A DNA stretch of 64,000 nt from an uncultured Actinomycetota bacterium (GTDB taxonomy: Bacteria > Actinomycetota > Acidimicrobiia > Acidimicrobiales > Bog-793). The notes below the pieces were generated by a model, which did no database searches, was not told where the DNA came from, and worked only from the letters and a program-made list of their open reading frames with translations. The translations under genes were made by a program, and so were the position numbers. Shown here piece by piece: positions 28,308 to 39,800 of the stretch. Numbering within the stretch: position 1 is the stretch's first letter; the number at the start of each line of letters is the position of its first letter. The stretch lies in assembly GCA_963754255.1 (NCBI GenBank), contig CAVWEW010000005.1, positions 77,020 to 141,019 on the forward strand, in the 5' to 3' direction.

Positions 28308-31241
28308 CTACTCGGACAAAGTGGTCTTCCTGGCATTGGCCGTCTTGGTGGCCCCGCTGGCCTTGGTCGTCCCGGCCGCCTTCTTCGAGGCACCCGCCTT
28401 CTTCGACCCCGCGGCCGCCTTCGTGCCGTCCTTCTTGGCGTTCGCCTTCTTGGCCCCCGCCTTCTTCCCAGCTGCCTTCGTCGTGCCGGCTCTCTTCGTG
28501 CCTGTCTTCTTCGTACCGCCGGCCTTCGCGGCTCGCGGCCGTTTCCCCGGGCCGGCTTCACGCCGCGCCGCCAGCAGCTCCGAAGCCCGCTCGGGTGTGA
28601 TCGTGTCGGGATCATCGCCCCGCCGAAGAGAGGCGTTCACTGTGCCGTCGGTGACGTACGGGCCGAAACGGCCCGACCGTAGCTGGATGGTCCCCCCGCT
28701 CATCACGTCGGTGCCGAGCTCCCGCAGCGGTGTTGCCGAGACGCCGAAGCGGCGTTGCTTCGGCTGGGCGAAACGTGCCACGGCCTCCTCGAGGGTCACC
28801 TCGAACAACTGGTCCTCTGTGTCGAGGCTCCTCGTCTCCTCGGCACGTTTCAGGTAGGGCCCGTAGCGGCCGTTCATGGCGACGATCTCGACGCCGACGT
28901 CGGGATCGTCGCCGAGGGTGCGCGGCAGTTGCAGCAGCCGTAAGGCGTCCTCGAGCGAGATCGAGTCGAGCGCCATCGAAGAGAACAGTGATGCCGTGCG
29001 GGGCTTGCCCCCATCGCCGGCATCGCCGAGCTGCACGTAGGGTCCGTAGCGACCGGCTCGGGCGAGCACCGTCTGCCCGGTGGCGGGATCGGTCCCGAGC
29101 TCCCGGTCGCCGGACGGTTTCGACAGCAGCTCGACAGCTCGTTCCGGCGTCAGCTCGTCGGGGGCGACGTCGTCTGGCACCGAGGCACGGTCGTCCCCCC
29201 GCTGCAGGTAAGGCCCGTACCTGCCCACCCGGACGACTATCTCCTCCCCGTCGGGATCCGCGCCGAGGGGGATCGAGTTGACCTCCCGGGGATCGATCTC
29301 GGCGAGGTGGGCGAGCACGGCGTCCTTCAGCCCCCGGCTGCCCTCGACGGCGAGGGCGTGGCGGGGTGTCGGCGCGCTGGCCTCCGACGGACGTCTCAGG
29401 TGACGGGACTCGCCGAAGTAGAAGTGCTCCAGCCAGGGGATCTGCTCCTCGGTACCGGACGCGATCTCGTCGAGGTCGTCCTCCATGCTGGCAGTGAAGC
29501 CGTAGTCGACGAGGTTGGCGAAGTACCGCTCCATGAGCCCGACGACGACGAAAGCAGTGAAGGAGGGTACGAGGGCTGTTCCCTTCCGCCAGACATAGCC
29601 CCGGTCCTGGATGGTCTGGATGATGCTGGCGTATGTGGAGGGGCGGCCCACGCCGAGCTCCTCCAGCCGGCGTACGAGCGAGGCCTCCGTGTAGCGGGCG
29701 GGCGGGCGCGTCTCGTGAGGCTCGCTCTCGAGGCCGTTGCACGTGACGCCCTGGCCCCGGGTGAGCTGCGGGAGCCGCACGTCCTCGTCGCGACGCCCGC
29801 CTCCGCCCCGAGCTGTCGCGCTCGAGGAGGTGGAGCCGTCCTGTTGGCTCCCCTCCTCGGTCTCGTCCTCGTCCTCCCTGTAGACGCGCAAGAAACCAAG
29901 CTCGGTGATCACCGTCCCCGTCGCCACGAAGCCGGCCACCTGCGGAGCGACCCCGGCCACCGTGTCGGCGGTCGTCATGGCCTCGAGCCGCACGCGGGCG
30001 CTCGTCCCGGTGGCGTCGATCATCTGAGAAGCCACCGTGCGCTGCCAGACGAGCTCGTAGAGGCGAAGCTCGTCCCCGGACAGCTCACGGGCGAGGGCGG
30101 CCGGCCGGCGGAACTGCTCCCCGGCAGGACGGATCGCCTCGTGCGCCTCTTGGGCGTTTTTCACCCGACTCCTGTACACCCGGGGCGAGGAGGGGACCGA
30201 GCTCGGGCCGTAGAGCGCCGTCGCCTGCTCCCGGGACGCCCGGATCGCCGTCTCCGAAAGAGTCGTCGAATCGGTCCGCATGTAGGTGATGTAGCCCCGC
30301 TCGTAGAGCGCCTGCGCCACCCGCATCGTCCGCTGGGCGCTGAAGCGCAGCTTCCGGGCCGCTTCCTGCTGGATCGTCGAGGTGATGAACGGTGCCGCCG
30401 GGGCGCGCCGGTAGGGGCGCTCCTCGACCGAGGCGACGGAGAAAGAGGCGTCCTCGAGGGCGGCCACAAGCCCTGTGGCTGCCTGCTCGTCGAGCCGCAC
30501 GACCTCGTCGGGGGCAGCGAGAGCTCCCGTCGGAAGGAAATCGTCCCCTGTGGCGACCCGGCGGCCGGCGAGGTCTGCCAGGCGGGCGCCGAAAGGTGTC
30601 CCACCGGCCTCGAAGGATCCCTCGATGCCCCACCACGACGCCGGGCGGAAGGCCATCCGCTCCCGCTCGCGCTCCACCACGATCCGCGTGGCGACGCTCT
30701 GCACTCGGCCCGCCGACAGCCGGGGAGCCACCTTTCGCCAGAGCACAGGTGAGACCTCGTACCCGTAGAGCCGGTCGAGGATCCGCCGAGCCTCCTGTGC
30801 GTCGACCAGGCGGCGGTCGAGCTCCCTCGGATGGGCGATGGCATGGGCGATGGCGGGCGCCGTGATCTCGTGGAAGACCATCCGCCGCACGGGCACGCGA
30901 GGGGAGAGGACCTCGCTCAGGTGCCAGGCGATGGATTCGCCCTCGCGGTCCTCGTCAGTGGCGAGGTAGAGCTCGCTCGCGTCGCCGAGGAGGCGCTTCA
31001 GCTTGGCTACCTGCTCCCGTTTCCCCCGGCTGACGACGTAGTACGCCTTGAAGTCGTTCTCGACGTCCACGCCGAGCCGGGCCCACGGCTCGCCCTTGAT
31101 CGAGGTCGGTACCTCGGCGGCGTCGCTCGGCAGGTCACGGATGTGGCCGATCGAGGACTCCACGAGGTACTCGCTCCCGAGGAAGCCCGCGATCGTCTTC
31201 GCCTTCGCAGGGGACTCCACGATCACGAGCGGCCTGGCCAT
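28308..31241 (-). CDS. topA: DNA topoisomerase I (type IA)
   Basis: LVIVESPAKAKTI, ATDEDREGE, SAGRVQS, ITYMRTDS, GRYGPY-type C-terminal repeats, Lys/Ala-rich tail. Confidence 0.98.
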   Translation of the reverse strand: MARPLVIVESPAKAKTIAGFLGSEYLVESSIGHIRDLPSDAAEVPTSIKGEPWARLGVDVENDFKAYYVVSRGKREQVAKLKRLLGDASELYLATDEDREGESIAWHLSEVLSPRVPVRRMVFHEITAPAIAHAIAHPRELDRRLVDAQEARRILDRLYGYEVSPVLWRKVAPRLSAGRVQSVATRIVVERERERMAFRPASWWGIEGSFEAGGTPFGARLADLAGRRVATGDDFLPTGALAAPDEVVRLDEQAATGLVAALEDASFSVASVEERPYRRAPAAPFITSTIQQEAARKLRFSAQRTMRVAQALYERGYITYMRTDSTTLSETAIRASREQATALYGPSSVPSSPRVYRSRVKNAQEAHEAIRPAGEQFRRPAALARELSGDELRLYELVWQRTVASQMIDATGTSARVRLEAMTTADTVAGVAPQVAGFVATGTVITELGFLRVYREDEDETEEGSQQDGSTSSSATARGGGGRRDEDVRLPQLTRGQGVTCNGLESEPHETRPPARYTEASLVRRLEELGVGRPSTYASIIQTIQDRGYVWRKGTALVPSFTAFVVVGLMERYFANLVDYGFTASMEDDLDEIASGTEEQIPWLEHFYFGESRHLRRPSEASAPTPRHALAVEGSRGLKDAVLAHLAEIDPREVNSIPLGADPDGEEIVVRVGRYGPYLQRGDDRASVPDDVAPDELTPERAVELLSKPSGDRELGTDPATGQTVLARAGRYGPYVQLGDAGDGGKPRTASLFSSMALDSISLEDALRLLQLPRTLGDDPDVGVEIVAMNGRYGPYLKRAEETRSLDTEDQLFEVTLEEAVARFAQPKQRRFGVSATPLRELGTDVMSGGTIQLRSGRFGPYVTDGTVNASLRRGDDPDTITPERASELLAARREAGPGKRPRAAKAGGTKKTGTKRAGTTKAAGKKAGAKKANAKKDGTKAAAGSKKAGASKKAAGTTKASGATKTANARKTTLSE

Positions 31242-31303
31242 CGCCCGTGCAACTTAGGCCATCGGCCTATGGCCACGTACGCATCGCCGCCGGTGCCTGA
31301 AGC

Positions 31304-33688
<2,385 letters not shown>

Positions 33689-33758
33689 CGATTGCTCCTT
33701 TGCTCAGGTCGGGGGCAGGATAGCCGTTGAGTCGGGGCGAACAGTCCCCTTCAGTGCC

Positions 33759-36422
33759 TCACCGGCGCGATGGCCCCGGCGCCGGCGGCCCGGCCTCCGG
33801 GCCGTCGGCCGTCCGTGTGATGGTGAAGAGCGGGTTCATCATCGCCGGCTTTCTGCCCCTCTCGCCCACCATCCCCTCCACGATCAGCCTCGTGCCAGGC
33901 TCGATTCCGGGCACCCGGCGGCGCCCCTGGAAGACGAGCAGGATCGACGCCGAGCCATCGGAGAGGACGCACTCCACGCTGGGGACGCCCCCTCCGGCCT
34001 GGACACGAACCGAGCGGACGCGCCCTTCGACCCGCGCCCGCTGGCGTGGCCGCAGGTTGGAGATCCTCGTCGTGCCCGGCGCCGAGGGGCGTCTGGCCTC
34101 GCGCTCGACCGACGGCCGGCGCGGCTCGGGCGGCTCTGCTCGGCTGGGGCGCTCGGCGCTGGCCTCCCGTGCCCACGGATGCCGTAAACGCCGCGATCTC
34201 GCCTGCTCGCCGTCGGCCCCGGCCTCACTGCCGGCGCGAGCCTCGTCGCCGGCCCCTGGCGCGTCGCTGTCCTCGCCAGGCGAGCGGGCCGCAACCGCAC
34301 CGGAGCCACTCCGCCCATTCTCCGAGCCTCCCCTCTCCCCACCCGCGGAGACACGCTCCTTGCCATCGTGCAGCGGCGCGCTGCCGGTCTCGCTCAGCTC
34401 GTCGAAGGCGTCGGACCCCGGCGGGTACGACTCCGTGGCGTCGGTCCTCCAGGGGACCAGTTTCTTGCGCGCCTTGCCGAGCGGATAGGGGACAATCGTG
34501 GCGTTGGCGTTGGGCAGCTGGCTGACGTAGGCCGCTATCTCGTCGGCGGTCCGGTCGTGCAGCGCGATGCGCCACGCACCTTCGAAGACCTTCCGCGGCA
34601 GCAATACCGACACCTCGGTCTGTCCGTCCTCGGCGGTCTCCGCCACTAGCTGCATCGCCGCCCTCGTAAGGCGCCTGTCGGGGCACTCGATGACGTCGAG
34701 AGGGAGCCGGTCCAGGCCGAGGCGTGTCCACTGGTCCTCGAGCTGGTCGGCCACGGCCCAGTCGAGCACGAAGTGCACTGCCCGCAGCTCGTCTGGGTGG
34801 AGCGTCCGGGCGTACTGGAGGGCTCTCGCCGTCGCCAGGTCGAGCCGCTCCACGAACACGAGCGCCACGAGCCGCCGGAGCACGGGCTCCATCAGCGCCC
34901 GCGGCGCGTTCGCCTCCAGCTCCTGTCTCTCGAGGGTGTACTGGTGGTGGAGGCGGATCAACACGAAGACGAGGGTCGGGAAGGCGACGACGACGACCCA
35001 GGCCCCTTCGGTGAACTTGGTGACGGCGAAGATCAGGACTACTAGGAACGAGAGCGCGCCGGCGAACCCGTTGATCCAGATCTTGTAGTGCCAGCCGGAC
35101 TCGCGGTGGGTGAGATGATGCTTCACCATGCCGGCGCCGGCCATTGTGAAGCCGGTGAAGACGCCGATGGCGTAAAGGGCCACGAGCGAGGTCAGGTTGG
35201 CCCCCGTGGCGATGATGAGACAGAGCGAGACGACGGCGAGGAGGATGATGCCGTTCGAGAAGACGAGACGGTGGCCGCGCCGGGTGAGCCGGCGGGGGAG
35301 GTAGGCGTCCTGCGCCACGAAGCTGGCGAGGTTCGGGAATCCGTTGAAGCTCGTGTTGGCCCCGGTGTAGAGGATCAGCATCGTCGTCGCCTGCACCAGG
35401 AAGAAACCCACCTTCCCCACGAACGAGTACCCGAACACGTAGTGGGCCTCCTGGGAGAGCACTGTCGGCGTGCCACTCACGTATGGGACGGCATGTGTGA
35501 TGCGGGCCAGCAGGGACACTCCGAGCACGAGGGAGCCGAGAGTGGCGGACATGATGACGAGCACCCGGCGGGCGTTGCGCCCGCTCGGCTCCCTGAAGTT
35601 GGCGACGCCGTTCGAGATGGCTTCGAGCCCTGTGAGCGACGAGCCGCCATTGGCGAAGGCCCGAAGGACGTAGAGCACGCCGGCCCCCAAGAGGAGCCCA
35701 CTTCCGGGCGTGCCGATGTGCCCGACGCCGGCATGGTGGATCGAGTGGGCGTGCAGCTGCCCGAGGCCCCACCTGACCAGCCCGACGATGATCAGGCTGC
35801 CGATGGAAGCGACGAACAGGTAGGTGGGCAGGGCGAACGTGCGGCCCGCCTCCCGGATGCCCCGCAGGTTGCCGTAGGCGAGTATCACTACGACAGCCAC
35901 GGTGATCGGGACGGTGAAGCGTACGAGGGCGGGGAAGGCCGAGCTGAGGGCGTCCGTGCCGGCCGAGGTCTGGACGGCGACGGTGACGATGTAGTCGATG
36001 ATCAGCGCCACGGCGGCGATCTGGGCCACGCGTGGACCGAAGTTCTCCCTCGTCACGACATATGAGCCGCCAGCTTTGGTGTAGACCATCACAACCTCGC
36101 GGTAGGAGAGGGTCACGAAGAAGAGCACGAGGAGCACGGCTCCTGTGATGGGCAGCAGGAGGCTGAAGGCGGCCACGCCGACGAAGCGAACAAGCTGGTT
36201 CAGCATCTCTTCTGTCCCATAAGCCGTCGACGAGATGCAGTCGGGCGCCAGGACTCCGAGCGCCGTGACATTGTCGAGCCGCTCCTCTGAGAGCCGCTCG
36301 GTGATGAGAGGGTCGCCGAGGAAGAGCTTCTTCAAGCGGTAGCTCGGAGGCTCCGGCAGAACGTAGGTTGCGGGCAGCGGCGACTGCGCGGCCATTCTCG
36401 ACTCGTCGCCGGTCTTCGTCAC
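33759..36422 (-). CDS. KimA-like APC-family K+ permease fused to a C-terminal OB-fold domain
   Basis: DCISSTAYGTEE, GGSYVVTRENFG, IIDYIVTVAV, TGLEAISN, RGHRLVFSNG; after a disordered linker, RARVEGRVRSV..LSDGSASILLVFQGRRRVPGIEPG..NP (OB fold). Confidence 0.88.
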   Translation of the reverse strand: MTKTGDESRMAAQSPLPATYVLPEPPSYRLKKLFLGDPLITERLSEERLDNVTALGVLAPDCISSTAYGTEEMLNQLVRFVGVAAFSLLLPITGAVLLVLFFVTLSYREVVMVYTKAGGSYVVTRENFGPRVAQIAAVALIIDYIVTVAVQTSAGTDALSSAFPALVRFTVPITVAVVVILAYGNLRGIREAGRTFALPTYLFVASIGSLIIVGLVRWGLGQLHAHSIHHAGVGHIGTPGSGLLLGAGVLYVLRAFANGGSSLTGLEAISNGVANFREPSGRNARRVLVIMSATLGSLVLGVSLLARITHAVPYVSGTPTVLSQEAHYVFGYSFVGKVGFFLVQATTMLILYTGANTSFNGFPNLASFVAQDAYLPRRLTRRGHRLVFSNGIILLAVVSLCLIIATGANLTSLVALYAIGVFTGFTMAGAGMVKHHLTHRESGWHYKIWINGFAGALSFLVVLIFAVTKFTEGAWVVVVAFPTLVFVLIRLHHQYTLERQELEANAPRALMEPVLRRLVALVFVERLDLATARALQYARTLHPDELRAVHFVLDWAVADQLEDQWTRLGLDRLPLDVIECPDRRLTRAAMQLVAETAEDGQTEVSVLLPRKVFEGAWRIALHDRTADEIAAYVSQLPNANATIVPYPLGKARKKLVPWRTDATESYPPGSDAFDELSETGSAPLHDGKERVSAGGERGGSENGRSGSGAVAARSPGEDSDAPGAGDEARAGSEAGADGEQARSRRLRHPWAREASAERPSRAEPPEPRRPSVEREARRPSAPGTTRISNLRPRQRARVEGRVRSVRVQAGGGVPSVECVLSDGSASILLVFQGRRRVPGIEPGTRLIVEGMVGERGRKPAMMNPLFTITRTADGPEAGPPAPGPSRR

Positions 36423-36557
36423 ATGGCTATCTTGTCGTGCTCCGGACCCACATAACCACCGCTAGCCGTGCCGAGCGGGCCGCCGCGGGTTGCCGTCGTG
36501 CCGCCGGGCGGTCAGCCGGCTTGTGCCGGTGGCCCCGAGCAGGGAGGATTGTTGGCG

Positions 36558-37238
36558 ATGCACGTTGTCGTTGTCGGCTGTGGGCGGGTGGGCGCCGGGC
36601 TCGCGACCGAGCTGGACAGGGAGGGTCACAGCGTTGCGGTCATCGACAAGCTGCCACGCGCCTTCCGCCGTCTTCCCCCCGAGTGGGGCGGCCAGAAGGT
36701 GTTCGGCTTCGGCTTCGACAGGATGCACCTCGACGAGGCCGGGGCGGGACACGCCGACGCCTTGGCGGCCGTGACGAGCGGCGACAATTCGAACATCCTC
36801 ACTGCCCGCATCGCCAGGGAGACCTACGACATCCCCAACGTGGTCGCCCGCATCTACGATCCTCGCCGGGCCGAGATATTCCAGCGCCTCGGCATCCCGA
36901 CGGTTCCCAGCGTCACCTGGACGATCGATCAGGTCTTTCGCCGCATCCTTCCCGGGGAGGGAAGCTTTGAGTGGACCGACGGCTCCGGCCAGCTTCATCT
37001 GGTGGAGCGTCCCCTCCCGGGCGCCTGGGCAGGCAAGAAAATCAGCGCCCTCCTGCCCGACGGTGTGCGGCTCGTCTCGGTCATGCGGGCGACTACGCCG
37101 AGCCTGCGGGTGAACGACCTCGTCGGCCAGGACGGCGACGTCCTCTACCTCGCCGTGACCGATGAGTCGTCCGCCCAGCTGTCCGAGCTGTTCGGGAAGG
37201 ACGCCGGCGTCGGCGGCGAGAGCCGGCGGGTGCGGTGA
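36558..37238 (+). CDS. trkA: TrkA/RCK potassium uptake regulatory protein (CeoB-like)
   Basis: MHVVVVGCGRVG, AVTSGDNSNI, VVARIYDPRRAE; GGAGG RBS. Confidence 0.92.
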   Translation: MHVVVVGCGRVGAGLATELDREGHSVAVIDKLPRAFRRLPPEWGGQKVFGFGFDRMHLDEAGAGHADALAAVTSGDNSNILTARIARETYDIPNVVARIYDPRRAEIFQRLGIPTVPSVTWTIDQVFRRILPGEGSFEWTDGSGQLHLVERPLPGAWAGKKISALLPDGVRLVSVMRATTPSLRVNDLVGQDGDVLYLAVTDESSAQLSELFGKDAGVGGESRRVR

Positions 37239-37909
37239 AAGTCGCCGTCGCCGGGGCAGGCAAGGTCGGTCGCTTCCTGGCGGAGGACCTGGCCGAGAGC
37301 GGGCACGAGGTCCTGCTCCTCGAGAAGAACGCCGACCTCGTGGCGGTGCTGTCGCCGTCGCTTCCCGCCGGTGTGAAGTGCCTGGCTGCTGATGCCTGCG
37401 AGGTCTCCTCGCTGCACCTGGCCCGACTCGACGAGGCCGAAGTAGTCGTCGCGGTGACCGGTGATGACGAGGACAATCTCGTCATCTCCCTCCTCTCGAA
37501 GCAGGAATTCGCCGTCCCACGGGTGATCGCCCGCGTCAACCACCCGAGGAACCACTGGTTGTTCAATGAGGCTTGGGGCGTGGATGTCGCCGTCTCGACC
37601 CCTCAGCTGCTCGCCGGCCTCGTGGAGGAGGCCGTCTCGGTGGGGGTGCTGGTGCGCCTGCTGCAGTTCGAAGGCGGGAACACTCGCCTCGTAGAGATGA
37701 CGCTCGCCGAGGGATCTCCTATCCGAGGTTCCTCAGTGGGCGATCTCGGCCTGCCCAGGGGGGCCGCCGTCGTGGCGCTCGTCCGGGAGAGCCACGTGGT
37801 GGTTCCCCGCTCCGACACCATTCTCGACGTCGGCGACGAGCTGATGTTGCTCGTGAGCAACCAGACAGAGGACGAAGAGATCCGGCAGCTTCTTGCACCG
37901 CGCACGTGA
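37235..37909 (+). CDS. trkA: TrkA/RCK potassium uptake regulatory protein (CeoC-like)
   Basis: VAGAGKVG, VTGDDEDNLV, ARVNHPRNHWLF, TrkA-C domain; GTGA overlap. Confidence 0.92.
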   Translation: MKVAVAGAGKVGRFLAEDLAESGHEVLLLEKNADLVAVLSPSLPAGVKCLAADACEVSSLHLARLDEAEVVVAVTGDDEDNLVISLLSKQEFAVPRVIARVNHPRNHWLFNEAWGVDVAVSTPQLLAGLVEEAVSVGVLVRLLQFEGGNTRLVEMTLAEGSPIRGSSVGDLGLPRGAAVVALVRESHVVVPRSDTILDVGDELMLLVSNQTEDEEIRQLLAPRT

Positions 37910-38934
37910 CTGAAGACACCGGGCAGCCGAACAACGGCACCCGAGTCACGTCCGGCGCCGCCTCAGAGCCCCCCGAGGGAGCGCCGGCGGTCGTTCCTCA
38001 GCCCGCCGAGACGTCCGGCGCCGCCTCAGAGCCCCCCGAGGGAGCGCCGGCGGTCGTTCCTCAGCCCGCCGAGACGTCCGGGCCCGCCGCCGAGCCTGCC
38101 GGAGCGGCCAGGCAGGCTGCCTTCTTCGACCTCGACAAGACCGTCATCGCCCGAGCCTCGATGGTCGCCTTCGGCCGGTCGCTCTATCGCGGTGGGCTCA
38201 TCAACCGGCGCACGGTGCTCCGGGCCCTCTACGGGCAGCTCGTCTATCTCCACCTCGGAGCAAGCGAGGAGAAGCTGGACCGGATCAGAGAGTCGGTCCT
38301 CAAGCTGACGCGAGGTTGGGAGCAGTCCCGCGTGGCCGAGATCGTCGCCGAGGCGCTCGAGCAGATAGTCGACCCGATCATCTACGCCGAGGCGGCCGAC
38401 CTGATCGACCAGCACCGGGCGGCCGGCCGATACGTAGTGCTCATCTCGGCGTCGCCGGCAGAGATCGTCGCCCCGCTCGGCCGCTACCTCGGCGCCGACG
38501 CCACAGTCGGGAGCCGAGCCCAACTGGACGAGGCGGGTCGCTACACGGGAGCGATGGAGTTCTACGCCTACGGCCAATTCAAGGCGGAGGCAATCCGGGA
38601 GCTGGCGGAGCGGGAGCGGATCGACCTCTCCGAGTCATATGCCTATACGGACTCCTACACCGACCTGCCGATGCTGGAGACCGTCGGCCATCCGGTCGCC
38701 GTCAACCCGGACCGCGTGCTCACCAAGTATGCCCGCGAGCACAACTTCGAGATCACCCGGTTCGTGCAGCCGGTCCGGCTGCGGGATCGCGTCCGGGACG
38801 TGCGGCACCGCATCACGGCGGTGCCTCCCCGACCGGCGATAGCCGTCTCGGTCGGCGCCGTCGCCTTCGGGACGGGGGCCTTCGCCCTCGGATGGTGGTA
38901 CGGCACACACCGGGAGATGGCGGCTGCGGGATAA
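37906..38934 (+). CDS. HAD-IB family hydrolase
   Basis: AAFFDLDKTVIA, LISAS, YAYTDSYTDLPML, VAVNPD; C-terminal TM helix; GTGA overlap with trkA. Confidence 0.92.
   Translation: MTEDTGQPNNGTRVTSGAASEPPEGAPAVVPQPAETSGAASEPPEGAPAVVPQPAETSGPAAEPAGAARQAAFFDLDKTVIARASMVAFGRSLYRGGLINRRTVLRALYGQLVYLHLGASEEKLDRIRESVLKLTRGWEQSRVAEIVAEALEQIVDPIIYAEAADLIDQHRAAGRYVVLISASPAEIVAPLGRYLGADATVGSRAQLDEAGRYTGAMEFYAYGQFKAEAIRELAERERIDLSESYAYTDSYTDLPMLETVGHPVAVNPDRVLTKYAREHNFEITRFVQPVRLRDRVRDVRHRITAVPPRPAIAVSVGAVAFGTGAFALGWWYGTHREMAAAG
37948..38073 (+). repeat. Perfect 63-bp tandem duplication (TSGAASEPPEGAPAVVPQPAE x2)
   Basis: 37948-38010 is identical to 38011-38073 and in frame. Confidence 0.95.
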
Positions 38935-38965
38935 CAGCGGCGCCGCCCAGCCGAGGGGCTTGGGG

Positions 38966-39043
38966 TCAGGTGTCCCGCAACCGCTTGGCGGCGACAGCCC
39001 CGAGGGCGACCAGCACGGCCACGATGATCAGTTTCTTCAACAT
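38966..39043 (-). CDS. 25-aa single-TM microprotein MLKKLIIVAVLVALGAVAAKRLRDT
   Basis: TACGCT -10 box at 39051-39056, 7 nt before ATG (leaderless); GC3-rich codons; basic-hydrophobic-basic pattern; too short for the ORF track. Confidence 0.65.
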   Translation of the reverse strand: MLKKLIIVAVLVALGAVAAKRLRDT

Positions 39044-39150
39044 TCGCCCGAGCGTACCTGTCCCCTCGCCGGCCATGCCTGAACGCCGCCGGCGGCGCTG
39101 CCCGGCCGGCAACAGAGGCATTACCGCGCCGCGGTAGTCTCACAGCCAGA

Positions 39151-39213
39151 GGCGATGGAGCTCGCCCGAACCGGTCGGCGCCAGCGTTGCGCGTCGAACC
39201 TGATGGCTCCTGC
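39151..39213 (+). ncRNA. Fluoride riboswitch (crcB motif)
   Basis: GGCGATGGAGCTCGCC-gAACCG...CTGATGGCTCCTGC matches the consensus GGCGAUGGAGUUCGCC..AACCG..CURAURRCUCCUAC; TAGTCT -10 at 39135-39140; lies directly upstream of two fluC genes. Confidence 0.95.
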
Positions 39214-39251
39214 GAATGAATCGGTCTGGGATTCGGGAGCAGGAGACATAG

Positions 39252-39800
39252 ATGGACGAGAAGTCAGCGAACGCCTCGATGCGAGTTCCGAAGTGGGTGC
39301 AGCGAGCTTGGACCGCAGTCGGGGCGGGCGATCGGCTTCCAATTGACCCTGACCTGTCCGAGGCCGATCGAGCCGGGCCAGCGGAAAGCCATGAGCCGCA
39401 TCACCACGCCGGCTGGCCGTTCCTCATGGCGGTGGCGGCCGGCGGGTGGCTCGGCGCCATCGCCCGATACGCCCTCGAGCGGGCGGTGCCCGGTACCGAG
39501 ACGGGCTTCCCGATCACGACGTGGCTCATCAACACATCGGGAGCCTTCGTTCTCGGTCTCATCCTCACCTTGCTGATCGAGCATCGGAGGCCGACGCGGG
39601 GCGCCCCCCTCGTCAGGGCTTTTGCCTGCACCGGTGTGCTCGGGGCCTGGACTACGGTGTCGACCTTCGCCGGAGAGGCGGACGTCCTCGTGCGGTCAGG
39701 CCGGCCTCTCCTCGCCGCCGGCTACCTGGCGGCAACTTTCGCCGGTGGCGTGCTCGGGACGGCGGCGGGCATTGCCGTCGCCCGGCGAAGGACCGCTTGA
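39252..39800 (+). CDS. crcB: Fluoride channel Fluc subunit 1
   Basis: AGGWLGAIARY, FPITTWLINTSGAFVLG, GVLGAWTTVSTF; AGGAG RBS; about 55-aa N-terminal extension. Confidence 0.92.
   Translation: MDEKSANASMRVPKWVQRAWTAVGAGDRLPIDPDLSEADRAGPAESHEPHHHAGWPFLMAVAAGGWLGAIARYALERAVPGTETGFPITTWLINTSGAFVLGLILTLLIEHRRPTRGAPLVRAFACTGVLGAWTTVSTFAGEADVLVRSGRPLLAAGYLAATFAGGVLGTAAGIAVARRRTA

Noticed and set aside
36423-36557. c-di-AMP (ydaO) riboswitch upstream of the KimA-like permease
   Set aside because: Only about 135 nt shared with the divergent trkA start, and no GCUGAAUCC or GGAAxCGG-type consensus seen.
38935-39150. Ms1/6S-like RNA expected downstream of HAD-IB genes in some actinobacteria
   Set aside because: The space is short and accounted for by the microprotein and the riboswitch promoter; no long double-stranded rod is visible.
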